Both the position numbers and the translations under genes were made by a program. From IMG/VR virus record IMGVR_UViG_3300011115_000650: DNA of 64,000 bases. One strand, 5' to 3'. Source of the stretch: a virus. Below the pieces are notes generated by a model. It was not told the DNA's origin. It worked only from the letters and a program-made list of their open reading frames with translations, and did no database searches. Positions 9,957-18,371 of the stretch are shown in pieces (the first letter of the stretch is position 1; each line of letters starts with the position of its first letter).

Positions 9957-11033
9957 TTAGTTTTTAGTTGGGATTAAACATTGAACACCGTACTCATCTG
10001 CTTTGATTTCCCACTTAAAATCAGATGTTAAGTAAAATGCTTTACCGCCGTATTTTCCATTCTCTCTTACATCAATTAATTCTCTACAGCTTTTTCTAAA
10101 TAATTTTACATCTTCAATCCATTCATTCATATTAACCTCTTTTGATTCTAGGGGTTGATAGAAATACTTTAGTAGTAACTTAGTTTGGTCTGAATCTGCT
10201 TCTTTAAATGCTTCAATAAGTAAATCATTCGGTACAAAAATAGATTCATCGAAGATATTCTCTTTTAACTTGTCTTCGATTACAGCCTGCCACTTACTAC
10301 ATACGTGACTGTGGACTGTTTTTAAATCGCTTCTTGAGATTGATTGTTGTGTTAATTCTGCTATTGGCATATTTGTTGGTTTAATTTCTTCAGTTGGAGG
10401 TACAAATCCTTCTGGCATAAGTTTGTAGTTTATGTTTAAGTAACTCTTTTTTAAAGCTTCAGAACAGCAATAACCTACGTGAGAAGGAAAGTTTGCTTGT
10501 GAATGATTTATAATTAAACCATATTCTCCTTTTTTAACGTTTCCTCCATTTGGAAAATCTACTAAAGCTTGAATATACCTGCCTATATGACTAGAAAGAA
10601 TATCATAGTACTTAATTTGTTCAGGGATTATTTCCGCCCATCCTCCCCTATCTGCATCGTAAATACATCCGCATCCTTTTGCTCTTCCATACCATCTAAT
10701 AGTATCCCACTCGTCTAATCTAATTTCATCTAAAGAAACAATTGGACCTCCACCACAATCATGTAAACATTTGAATTTAGTACCTACTGGGTATAATCGT
10801 CTAGCTTGTTCTAGTAATGATTCTTTTCTTCTTTCAGATTCAAATAATATCCATGTACCTTCTTTAAAGAATTGACGTACGTCATCTGAAGGGTAGCTGG
10901 TAGAGCCTTTGTCACGAAGTTCCCATTTCATATGAACTCTACCTTCTTCTACTTTAGTAATAGTGTAGATAGTCTCCTTATTAGTATAGTGGTAAAATCT
11001 CTTTCCAACTAAATTGCCTGTTAATGTATTCAT
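9957..11033 (-). CDS. Hypothetical multidomain protein
   Basis: 358 aa ORF downstream of a host-type promoter. Confidence 0.7.
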   Translation of the reverse strand: MNTLTGNLVGKRFYHYTNKETIYTITKVEEGRVHMKWELRDKGSTSYPSDDVRQFFKEGTWILFESERRKESLLEQARRLYPVGTKFKCLHDCGGGPIVSLDEIRLDEWDTIRWYGRAKGCGCIYDADRGGWAEIIPEQIKYYDILSSHIGRYIQALVDFPNGGNVKKGEYGLIINHSQANFPSHVGYCCSEALKKSYLNINYKLMPEGFVPPTEEIKPTNMPIAELTQQSISRSDLKTVHSHVCSKWQAVIEDKLKENIFDESIFVPNDLLIEAFKEADSDQTKLLLKYFYQPLESKEVNMNEWIEDVKLFRKSCRELIDVRENGKYGGKAFYLTSDFKWEIKADEYGVQCLIPTKN

Positions 11034-11120
11034 AACGTTTTTATTTTTTAAATACTGATGCGATTAATTTTTCTATTGCTTGATAGTCTATTTCCATAAC
11101 TATTTGTTTATATACTATAA

Positions 11121-11153
11121 CTAAAGATAAGAACTGTTCTTCATATAACCAAC
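11121..11153 (-). promoter_or_regulatory. Bacteroidota-type promoter (-33 GTTG / -7 TATCTTTA)
   Basis: Minus strand GTTGG-N20-TATCTTTAG; the same spacing recurs at many sites. Confidence 0.65.
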
Positions 11154-11161
11154 TTTTTTTT

Positions 11162-11440
11162 CTAAGCTTCACCTTTTATATGAGAGTAGTATTGAGTGAA
11201 AACTTCCACCCCCGGAGAATCTTTTACCAGATAATCTATAACTTTGGCATGAGAGGCAATTACTTCAGACGACTCATTAGCATACTTAATCAAATTAATG
11301 ATATCGGTATTTTGAGTATGCTGTTCTTTGTCTAAGAGGTTTACTACCTTGGTTAGACTCTGTAATTGAAAACTCAATGCAATACTGTAACATAACGAGA
11401 ATAATGTTACGATTGAAAGTATGATTATAGCTGTTATCAT
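11162..11440 (-). CDS. Membrane-anchored coiled-coil protein
   Basis: Likely start MITAIIILSIV (ATG ~11440); TM segment then coiled coil. Confidence 0.6.
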   Translation of the reverse strand: MITAIIILSIVTLFSLCYSIALSFQLQSLTKVVNLLDKEQHTQNTDIINLIKYANESSEVIASHAKVIDYLVKDSPGVEVFTQYYSHIKGEA

Positions 11441-11469
11441 ATATGATTTTATATTTTGAAGATATGTTA

Positions 11470-11709
11470 TTACCCTTTTTCTTCCACAGTACGTAACTGT
11501 TCTGGGATAAACTCCTGGTTGACTGCACCGCATTTAGAACAAGCAAAGATTGGAATTGGTACTACAGCATCTTGGGTGGTACCGGTTAGAAACTTAGAGG
11601 CTTTTCTTAGTAGCACTCCTTGAATGAAGACTTGGTTCTGACATTCATCACATTCAAAGGCAACGGTCTTGTTTAGAGATACGTTTAGTTTAGGGGTTTG
11701 TTGTTGCAT
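11470..11709 (-). CDS. Zn-ribbon protein
   Basis: CDEC...CSKC. Confidence 0.75.
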   Translation of the reverse strand: MQQQTPKLNVSLNKTVAFECDECQNQVFIQGVLLRKASKFLTGTTQDAVVPIPIFACSKCGAVNQEFIPEQLRTVEEKG

Positions 11710-11728
11710 ATTTATTCTGTTTATATAA

Positions 11729-11760
11729 TAAAGATAAGTTATATCTTACAGACTAGCAAC
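11729..11760 (-). promoter_or_regulatory. Bacteroidota-type promoter
   Basis: GTTG...CTTATCTTTA on the minus strand. Confidence 0.6.
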
Positions 11761-11825
11761 TATTAGACATAAAAAATCCCCTTATAAAAAAGGGGAAATT
11801 AATTTATAGTGTAGGTAGAATTTCT

Positions 11826-12038
11826 TTAAACCGTAGGTACATCCTCGGCAAAGAAGTTAGATAGAAACTTAGCCAGTCCAGCTACAATCAACACCCCTAC
11901 AGCAATATTTTTATAATCACTAGCAAAGCTGATAGTTGATACCGTCATCGCACCTGCTAGTAGAGCATCTGCAGTACGGCGTATTCCCTTTGGTGTTGGT
12001 TTCCAGTAATAGAACCATCCGAATTTTATTTTGTTCAT
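11826..12038 (-). CDS. Small 2-TM membrane protein (holin-like)
   Basis: Two hydrophobic segments; CTATTTAT motif upstream. Confidence 0.55.
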   Translation of the reverse strand: MNKIKFGWFYYWKPTPKGIRRTADALLAGAMTVSTISFASDYKNIAVGVLIVAGLAKFLSNFFAEDVPTV

Positions 12039-12065
12039 AGTAAGTCTATTTACAATAAATAGTAC

Positions 12066-12094
12066 AAAAAAAGGTAACCATTACTGATTACCTT
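12066..12094 (-). terminator. Intrinsic terminator of the tRNA/tmRNA/HEG transcript
   Basis: AAGGTAATCA-GTAA-TGGTTACCTT hairpin followed by a T run. Confidence 0.8.
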
Positions 12095-12116
12095 CTAGTG
12101 GAGACTTACAATAGGG

Positions 12117-12734
12117 CTACTTTACTTTTTTACCTCTTACCCATCCTTCAGGTACTGGATCATCTTTTGTTATCTTTCTAACCTCTACTCCATTTGTGAT
12201 GTATCTTACACCGTACTGAGAGTTTAACACTCCTTTCTGTTTTAAAGCGTTTGCTAATCCGATTTTCTTTTTCGTCTCTTCTCTATGCTTCCTACCTATC
12301 CAGTTTGGTACTGTAGGTTTACGAGTTCCACTTTCGTAAAGCTTTTTATTTCTTTCACTACATATTTTGGAAAACTTTTCTTTGAAGACCGGGTCTTTTA
12401 GTTTCTCTTTAAACCCTCGAGTAGCAGCTAAGTGTGCTCCACCTACACCTCCTGTTTTTAAATTCATACAGTTGAGATCTTTCATTAGATCGTCATTAAC
12501 AAGTTCTTTCTCTCTCTCAGCTAACTCCTCACGAGTGCTATAATACTCTAAAATTTCACATTTAAAATTAGATTTACCGTGCTTTCTAATAGCTCTTCTT
12601 AATCTTGTACCACTTCCAAGATAACCATCTTTTAAATTTGAAGTAGAATGCATTCCTACATAATACTCTCCGTTTAAAAGATTGGTTGTCTTGTAGATGA
12701 AGTGATGTTTTTTACTTTCATTGATGTTTGCCAT
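12117..12734 (-). mobile_element. GIY-YIG homing endonuclease (Seg-like, NUMOD3) at the tmRNA 3' end
   Basis: FIYKTTN...YYVG...YLGSG...F..EIL; GRKHREETKKKI; probable ATG at 12734. Confidence 0.88.
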
Positions 12735-12778
12735 ATCTATCTTTATAATAAATAGTACAAAAGTCAAAAAAGTGCCCG

Positions 12779-13326
12779 AGGAGATGACGGGAGTCGAACC
12801 CGTGTCTTGATATGGAAACGTAACACCAACGTCTCACACGCTTAGCTACTCTGTTCTACTCAGAAGCAGGAGGTAGATCTAGGGTGGAATGCTTATCTCA
12901 GCAGCAGACGTACGAAACGTTCCCTTGATTAGTAATGGGACTGTAGTGGTAGCTACAGTAGGTCCACCACTTGGTTGATTCGGGTTCAACCAAGAAAACC
13001 TTTAGAGATCACCTACCAAAGGTAAATGATTAACTCAACCGCCCCGATTACACACATTCTTGACGGGGATCATTCCAACATTGTGACCACTTTACGGTAG
13101 TTGGATATGCAAATTTTGTAACTATTCTGTTCCAAGGTCAGTCACCAACCTGAAGATTACGCTGCTACAGCAACTGACTCGAAAGCCATGTTGATGATAG
13201 ATGCACCGATTTCTTGACGAGATGTTTTTTCTGCGTTTATTGTTTTACAAGTATTTAAGGACGTTCATGCTTTGTCCGCGTGTGGTGCTACCCTTCTGCA
13301 TACCAATCAAATGCCAGGACATCCCC
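12779..13326 (-). ncRNA. ssrA: tmRNA, ~548 nt, tag AEKTSRQEIGASIINMAFESVAVAA*
   Basis: 5' GGGGAUG pairs with 3' CAUCUCC including G3-U70; T-arm GGUUCGACUCC; resume context AAUAAAC|GCA; tag ORF 13157-13234 ends in AA. Confidence 0.93.
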
Positions 13327-13338
13327 ATATTATTTTAG

Positions 13339-13437
13339 TAGTCAGGACAGGATTCGAACCTGTATGAAATATCTTAGGCATGTTTCTTCGCGTTTAATAC
13401 TTCTCACCGTGTGCGTCTACCATTCCGCCACCTGACT
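13339..13437 (-). tRNA. Atypical Leu-like tRNA shell with non-canonical anticodon/variable region
   Basis: Acceptor AGTCAGG/CCTGACT, D-arm GCGGAATGGTAGACGC and T-arm ACAGGTTCGAATCCTGT present; central ~48 nt form no standard anticodon stem. Confidence 0.6.
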
Positions 13438-13499
13438 ATTTAGACTTCTAAAACCCATCTCTTATCGAGGTAAGGAAACTTAGTCCAATGTTTTTTGCG

Positions 13500-13576
13500 T
13501 AGTCAGAGCCGGACTCGAACCGGATAAGTAACCATTACTGGATTCGGAACCCGTTCCTCATTACACCCATCTGACT
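13500..13576 (-). tRNA. Atypical tRNA-like gene (possible anticodon CCG on a short stem)
   Basis: Acceptor AGTCAGA/TCTGACT, T-loop GGTTCGAGTCC; weak D arm; GGG-TTCCGAA-TCC. Confidence 0.5.
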
Positions 13577-13694
13577 ATCATTAAAAGGTAATGGAAGTTC
13601 CTCGACCTCTTCCTAAGTTCAGTACCTTTGTGCCCTGCCCTTTGTTTTACACCTCTTTAAATAAATATAAGTACTTTACTTCGACTTTCCAACT

Positions 13695-14117
13695 TTAGTC
13701 TACAATAGTTTCCATTGTATGTGGTACAATCCATCTAATACAGTCCTGAGGTAATCTATTGATGTGTTTGTAGTTATTAATGTATCCCATCATATTAGCC
13801 GACCCTATTGCATTAGCACTATGTACTTTAACAGTTACTACCGGTTTGCCTTCTAACCATTGATCAACTAACCACTTAGTACAGTCCATACCTGTCTTCT
13901 CAGTTATGTTATCATAGTCTAGAGTGTAGTTGTGATAGACATTTGTATGCCATTCCTTCATTGCACTATCTCCTAAATCATGATCTAGTGAAATTAGTTC
14001 GATATTTTCTAGTCCTATCTCGTTGATAGTATCTACAAATTCATCGTAATTACGAACCACAATCCACTCTTGATCGATTGGTGTTCTTAGATCGTCTAAG
14101 TATATTAACTTTTTCAT
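13695..14117 (-). CDS. Cyclic-phosphate-processing receiver-domain protein
   Basis: YLDDLR, ISLDHDLG, TG.DC..W and VHSAN motifs. Confidence 0.78.
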   Translation of the reverse strand: MKKLIYLDDLRTPIDQEWIVVRNYDEFVDTINEIGLENIELISLDHDLGDSAMKEWHTNVYHNYTLDYDNITEKTGMDCTKWLVDQWLEGKPVVTVKVHSANAIGSANMMGYINNYKHINRLPQDCIRWIVPHTMETIVD

Positions 14118-14120
14118 ATG

Positions 14121-14202
14121 TACCTCTGGTAGGACTCGAACCTACAATGTCTGTGACTCCTGATCCTAAATCAGGCGGCTATACCAATTCGCCTACAGAG
14201 GC
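14121..14202 (-). tRNA. tRNA-Leu(UAG)
   Basis: GCCTCTG/CAGAGGT acceptor; CCTGA-TTTAGGA-TCAGG; long variable arm. Confidence 0.92.
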
Positions 14203-14328
14203 AATTTACAACTTTTAACAGGTCAGTATGAGTTGCCAACATATCCAGTTTACGATCTGGCTCTCTAGTGTGCTTCGATATTGAGAGGCTGAGAGGAACT
14301 ACGACCTTGTGGCCTGCAAGGTACATCG

Positions 14329-14400
<72 letters not shown>

Positions 14401-14525
14401 ATCTAATAAGGCAACCTGCTATTTACTAAACCTTATAAAAGGCTTAGCTTTACCTCCTACCCTTGGTTAGCTACTCCAAAGTTTAGATATAGGATGCAGG
14501 TGGATCTGACTCCAGGTATAATGTG

Positions 14526-14600
14526 TACAGTATACGGGATTCGAACCCGTGATCTTTTCCGTGAAAGGGAAACGACTTAAGCCGACTTGTCCAATACTGC
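14526..14600 (-). tRNA. tRNA-Glu(UUC)
   Basis: TTTCC-CTTTCAC-GGAAA; GCAGTAT/ATACTGT acceptor. Confidence 0.92.
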
Positions 14601-14684
14601 ATTAGGAGCTATGAGCCATCCCGAGTAGGCGCCTCCGGTACTAAATGACCGGGTTCTTCCATGTTAAACTATCATAGCCTGTTA

Positions 14685-14873
14685 TTAATACTTATTAGCA
14701 CTACCTACACATCTATTGAATGCACTCTCTGCTTCTGAGATATTACTGTAGGTATATTTTGGGTTGGTGTTATGTCCACTTACCGAGAAATTATTTAACT
14801 TCTTAGTAACCGGATTTACTTCCGCCCATAGATTGTGTCCGCTCTTTTTTAGGATTAGCACTTTGTTATTCAT
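14685..14873 (-). CDS. Hypothetical protein
   Basis: 62 aa, own host-type promoter at 14894-14925. Confidence 0.65.
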   Translation of the reverse strand: MNNKVLILKKSGHNLWAEVNPVTKKLNNFSVSGHNTNPKYTYSNISEAESAFNRCVGSANKY

Positions 14874-14893
14874 GTTGTTTTCTTTTTATATAG

Positions 14894-14925
14894 TAAAGAT
14901 AAGTAATTTAATTCAATCGACCAAC
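14894..14925 (-). promoter_or_regulatory. Bacteroidota-type promoter
   Basis: GTTGG...CTTATCTTTA on the minus strand. Confidence 0.6.
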
Positions 14926-14942
14926 TTTATATTCTTGAATTG

Positions 14943-15024
14943 TTCCGCCGAGAGGACTCGAACCTCTGAACCCGTTAGGGAGGGGATTTACAGTCCCCTG
15001 CAATTGCCACTATGCGACGTCGGA
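14943..15024 (-). tRNA. tRNA-Tyr(GUA)
   Basis: GGGGA-CTGTAAA-TCCCC; variable arm; one acceptor mismatch. Confidence 0.88.
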
Positions 15025-15128
15025 ATTTTAATTTAAAAAACAATCTTATAAACCTCCTTTAAGGTGTCTTTCAGATACCCAGGCATGGAGCCAGGGCGTT
15101 GTTTGCCTCTGAACAGCTTTTTGTATTG

Positions 15129-15199
15129 TTACCGCAAATGGATTCGAACCAATACTGACAGAACCAAAAACTGGAGTGCTACCATTACACTATGCGGCA
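15129..15199 (-). tRNA. tRNA-Gln(UUG), mismatched anticodon and T stems
   Basis: TGCCGCA/TGCGGTA acceptor; loop TTTTGGT; stem CCAGT/TCTGT has only 3 pairs. Confidence 0.7.
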
Positions 15200-15275
15200 G
15201 TATCTAGTAGCTTGATATCTGATCAAGGCCATGTCTTAGTAACCTTTTACGGTCTTCCGATCTCCTACTAGTTTG

Positions 15276-15347
15276 CACCGAGTCAGGGAATCGAACCCAT
15301 GTCCATGTAAGGTTTTGGAGGCCCACCGCTTCCTTAAGCTACCCGGC
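15276..15347 (-). tRNA. tRNA-Trp(CCA), degenerate
   Basis: GCCGGGT/ACTCGGT acceptor, G discriminator, loop CTCCAAA; short D arm, imperfect stems. Confidence 0.68.
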
Positions 15348-15403
15348 ATTTATCTATGTATATATATTAAATATAAGAACTTTCTTTTGACTTTCCAACT
15401 TTT

Positions 15404-16159
15404 TTACAAGTATTTTATGTCTACTGCACCTTCTTTAGTTATTAAAATAGCTGTTTTATTTTCAACCCAGTCTCCTGAGTTTAGATAATGGTAATTGTTT
15501 ATTTGACGATTAGCGGGTTGATGTATATGTCCACAAATCACTCCTTGACATCCATTGTATTGAGCTAATTTAATAGCTGCTGTTTCGAAGTCGTTTATGT
15601 AGTTGGTTGCTAATTTAACACTAGACTTAATCTTCTGTGAAAGAGATAGGTAAGGTAATTTTCTCCATACTCTATATCTATTATACCATCTATTCAACCA
15701 CAATGCTAGATCGTATCCAACTGAACCTATCTTGGCAAGCCATTTGTATTTTGTTGTGAATATATCTATTACATCTCCATGAAATATGTAGTACTTGTCC
15801 TTTATGTACACATCATCTATAAACCACTTAGTTGTCTCCAGTACGTAGTCTTCCCTGATTTCGATATTGGTAAACTTCATACCAATAAATTCAGCTAAAA
15901 ATTCATCATGATTACCTCTAATCCATATTATCTTAGTTTTGTGAGATAGCTTGAGTAGTTTGGAGATAACTTTAGTGTGTTGTTTTCTCCACTTAGTTCC
16001 TCTTTGTAATGCCCATCCATCTACTATATCCCCATTTAGTATCAATAGGTCAGTTTGATGTGTGTCTAAGAACTCAATGAATTCTTTTGTTTTACTGTCT
16101 TTTGTACCTAGATGTAAATCTGATACAACGATTGCTTTGTATTTAATTCCAGTACCCAT
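15404..16159 (-). CDS. LpxH-like metallophosphoesterase (UDP-2,3-diacylglucosamine diphosphatase family)
   Basis: SDLHLG, GDIVD, GNHD, HGD, GHIH, NSGDW; likely start MGTGIKY. Confidence 0.85.
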   Translation of the reverse strand: MGTGIKYKAIVVSDLHLGTKDSKTKEFIEFLDTHQTDLLILNGDIVDGWALQRGTKWRKQHTKVISKLLKLSHKTKIIWIRGNHDEFLAEFIGMKFTNIEIREDYVLETTKWFIDDVYIKDKYYIFHGDVIDIFTTKYKWLAKIGSVGYDLALWLNRWYNRYRVWRKLPYLSLSQKIKSSVKLATNYINDFETAAIKLAQYNGCQGVICGHIHQPANRQINNYHYLNSGDWVENKTAILITKEGAVDIKYL

Positions 16160-16841
16160 AATCTTGTTTATACCAATTTTCATTATTTCTGTTTAACCAT
16201 GATGACCAAGCTAGCTTTATCATATAGCCTACACCCTTATTATCAAAACGTCTAGGAGAGGTGTAGACAAACCTATTTAGTATCTTGAACTTGTTAGGTT
16301 TAATTTTTTGAGATAGATGATAATCTTCTGCTATCTTATCTTCTTGATTAAATCCACCTAACTTGTTGAATATTTCAGTCTTAAATAACATAAATCCACC
16401 TACAGCAAAAGGTTTTGTTACCCAAGATATCAACTGTATAACATCAAATATCCTATATACCCAATTGTATTCCCCTGTTAATGTTTTGAATCTACACGTA
16501 ACTAAGTCTAAATCTTTAGTAGTGATACTATCGAGTGATTTTGCTAATAAGTCTTTATCCCTTATCTCCATATCAGCATCTAGGAATAGGACATATGGTG
16601 TTGTAACCAATTTAGCTCCATTATTACGTGCAGTTGCTGGTAGGCCTCCCTCTGTAATCTCTACACCAGGGTACAACTCAGGCATAAATTTACCAATATA
16701 CACACTACGTAATCTACCTGTCGAGGAATCTGCTACTATAATTCTACACTGTATCGATTGTTGCTTTAGCGATCTAAGTGTTCTAAATAGTTTAGTACCT
16801 TCGTTCTTACACGGTATAACAATTGTTAGTAATTCGTTCAT
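16143..16841 (-). CDS. GT2 glycosyltransferase
   Basis: IVIPCKNE, FLDAD, GGFN...AED, TSPRRF. Confidence 0.9.
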   Translation of the reverse strand: MNELLTIVIPCKNEGTKLFRTLRSLKQQSIQCRIIVADSSTGRLRSVYIGKFMPELYPGVEITEGGLPATARNNGAKLVTTPYVLFLDADMEIRDKDLLAKSLDSITTKDLDLVTCRFKTLTGEYNWVYRIFDVIQLISWVTKPFAVGGFMLFKTEIFNKLGGFNQEDKIAEDYHLSQKIKPNKFKILNRFVYTSPRRFDNKGVGYMIKLAWSSWLNRNNENWYKQDYGYWN

Positions 16842-17041
16842 AAATAGTCGTAAATTAATTCTTCACCATATTGCATCGTCCGTAGAGTCCTAAATTTAGC
16901 TTCATCGTCTAACGGTTTGGCTTCATTGATATCTAGAGACCATTGTGTCTTACCTCCATCGGCTAACCCGGTGAAGTATCCCTGTTCTCCTAATACAATA
17001 AACCAATCCCGTTGTTCGTTTTTTTGTTTAGTCTTCTTCAC
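16838..17041 (-). CDS. Hypothetical protein
   Basis: ORF track, overlapping stop/start. Confidence 0.6.
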   Translation of the reverse strand: MKKTKQKNEQRDWFIVLGEQGYFTGLADGGKTQWSLDINEAKPLDDEAKFRTLRTMQYGEELIYDYL

Positions 17042-17219
17042 CGCTAACTATTTTAACTAGTTGATAAATACAAAACCCTAGTATGGTAGATAATGTTACG
17101 AGCAATATACCTGCTGCTATAAAAACTCCAATAGCCCTTGCTGTCTCATTTACTGTTGATGCTACTATGCCTCCTATTATTAGTAGTGTTATTAGGGTTG
17201 CTATTATTTTATTTTTCAT
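17028..17219 (-). CDS. Small 2-TM membrane protein
   Basis: Two hydrophobic segments. Confidence 0.6.
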   Translation of the reverse strand: MKNKIIATLITLLIIGGIVASTVNETARAIGVFIAAGILLVTLSTILGFCIYQLVKIVSGEED

Positions 17220-17244
17220 TGTTTAGTATTGAGTTAATGTATTG

Positions 17245-17568
17245 TTAGTCTTCTTTACATTTATCACATTGAGTAGAACATTTCTTAAAATCATAATCTT
17301 CTTGAGCATTGGCACAACATTCATCATGACAATAAAAATCTTCCTCATCATTAAAAAGATTATGAATAACTTTATCCCAATCAGCTGCCCATATTATTTT
17401 TTTAATCAATGCTCTTAGTTCTTCTTCTGAAAGAATGTATTTGTTTTCTTCCTTCTTAACATTACATTGCATATAATTTCCTTCATCATCAGGGTCACAC
17501 TTTACTTTGAAATGTGTTACTTGGTTACCACAAGGAATATATATAGTTTGTTTATTTAGTTTATTCAT
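17245..17568 (-). CDS. Hypothetical protein (paralog of 22436-22798)
   Basis: MNKL..IYIP ... KEENKYILSEEEL. Confidence 0.62.
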   Translation of the reverse strand: MNKLNKQTIYIPCGNQVTHFKVKCDPDDEGNYMQCNVKKEENKYILSEEELRALIKKIIWAADWDKVIHNLFNDEEDFYCHDECCANAQEDYDFKKCSTQCDKCKED

Positions 17569-17604
17569 TATTTATTTTTTACAAATATACGAAATATTTT
17601 TATA

Positions 17605-18066
17605 TTAAACAACTTTTTCTAAACAATATCTTATTCCAGCTTCATAAGCTTCTGTTGGTGAGTTAAAATAATGTTGGTATAAGTACTCGGTTTCTTCTTC
17701 ATTCATCTCTTTTAATTTATCAGAATGTATATATCTTTTATACCCTATTAGTGATAAATTTGTAACCACCCATTTAAAATTATGAACATTTGGTTCATTT
17801 ACTACTGAAATAAATTTATGGTGTTTCTCATACAACCACATTATAACATCTGCTATGGTTGGGGCATTAATATTTAAACTAGTCCACTGAACTGAATTAG
17901 CATTCGTATCAAAGTAATAGTGTGATAACGGATGTATTTCACCTGATTTGTAATGTTTAAAATATGAATGTCTACCTAATTCATAATCATTATCTTCAGT
18001 TTGAAGATATTCAAATCCTTTTTCTTTTAACAATTTAGCTAAAAGATAACTTATTGGTTTATTCAT
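17605..18066 (-). CDS. Hypothetical protein (family shared with 23262-23699)
   Basis: AP....WL.EK...FNSPTEAYEAGI pattern. Confidence 0.68.
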   Translation of the reverse strand: MNKPISYLLAKLLKEKGFEYLQTEDNDYELGRHSYFKHYKSGEIHPLSHYYFDTNANSVQWTSLNINAPTIADVIMWLYEKHHKFISVVNEPNVHNFKWVVTNLSLIGYKRYIHSDKLKEMNEEETEYLYQHYFNSPTEAYEAGIRYCLEKVV

Positions 18067-18361
18067 TGTTTAATAGTTTTAAAATTACATATTCTTTTGA
18101 TGGGTCTATATTTTTTGCTTCTAAAAATTCATTTAAAGTATCACACTTATACCAATTATCTCCTGATACTCCTTTTGTAAATGTAAAATCTTTAATTAAT
18201 TCTTTAACTTGTTCATTTGTTAATGTAGATGTAGTTCCTATTATCTTATGTTTATCTAATCCTTTCACCTTTAAATGATGTGTTAATCCTTCACTATTTG
18301 AATTACGTGAAATCTCATCAAATCCAAGTGTTATTCCATTATATGTTGTTAGTGTTTGCAT
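18059..18361 (-). CDS. Hypothetical protein
   Basis: ORF track. Confidence 0.6.
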   Translation of the reverse strand: MQTLTTYNGITLGFDEISRNSNSEGLTHHLKVKGLDKHKIIGTTSTLTNEQVKELIKDFTFTKGVSGDNWYKCDTLNEFLEAKNIDPSKEYVILKLLNNE

Positions 18362-18371
18362 TAGTTAAGTT

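Noticed and set aside
16363-16893. Plus-strand ORFs throughout (e.g. 16363-16893, 36733-37254, 48121-48504, 60753-61124)
   Set aside because: They are antisense shadows of well-supported minus-strand genes, with no recognisable motifs.
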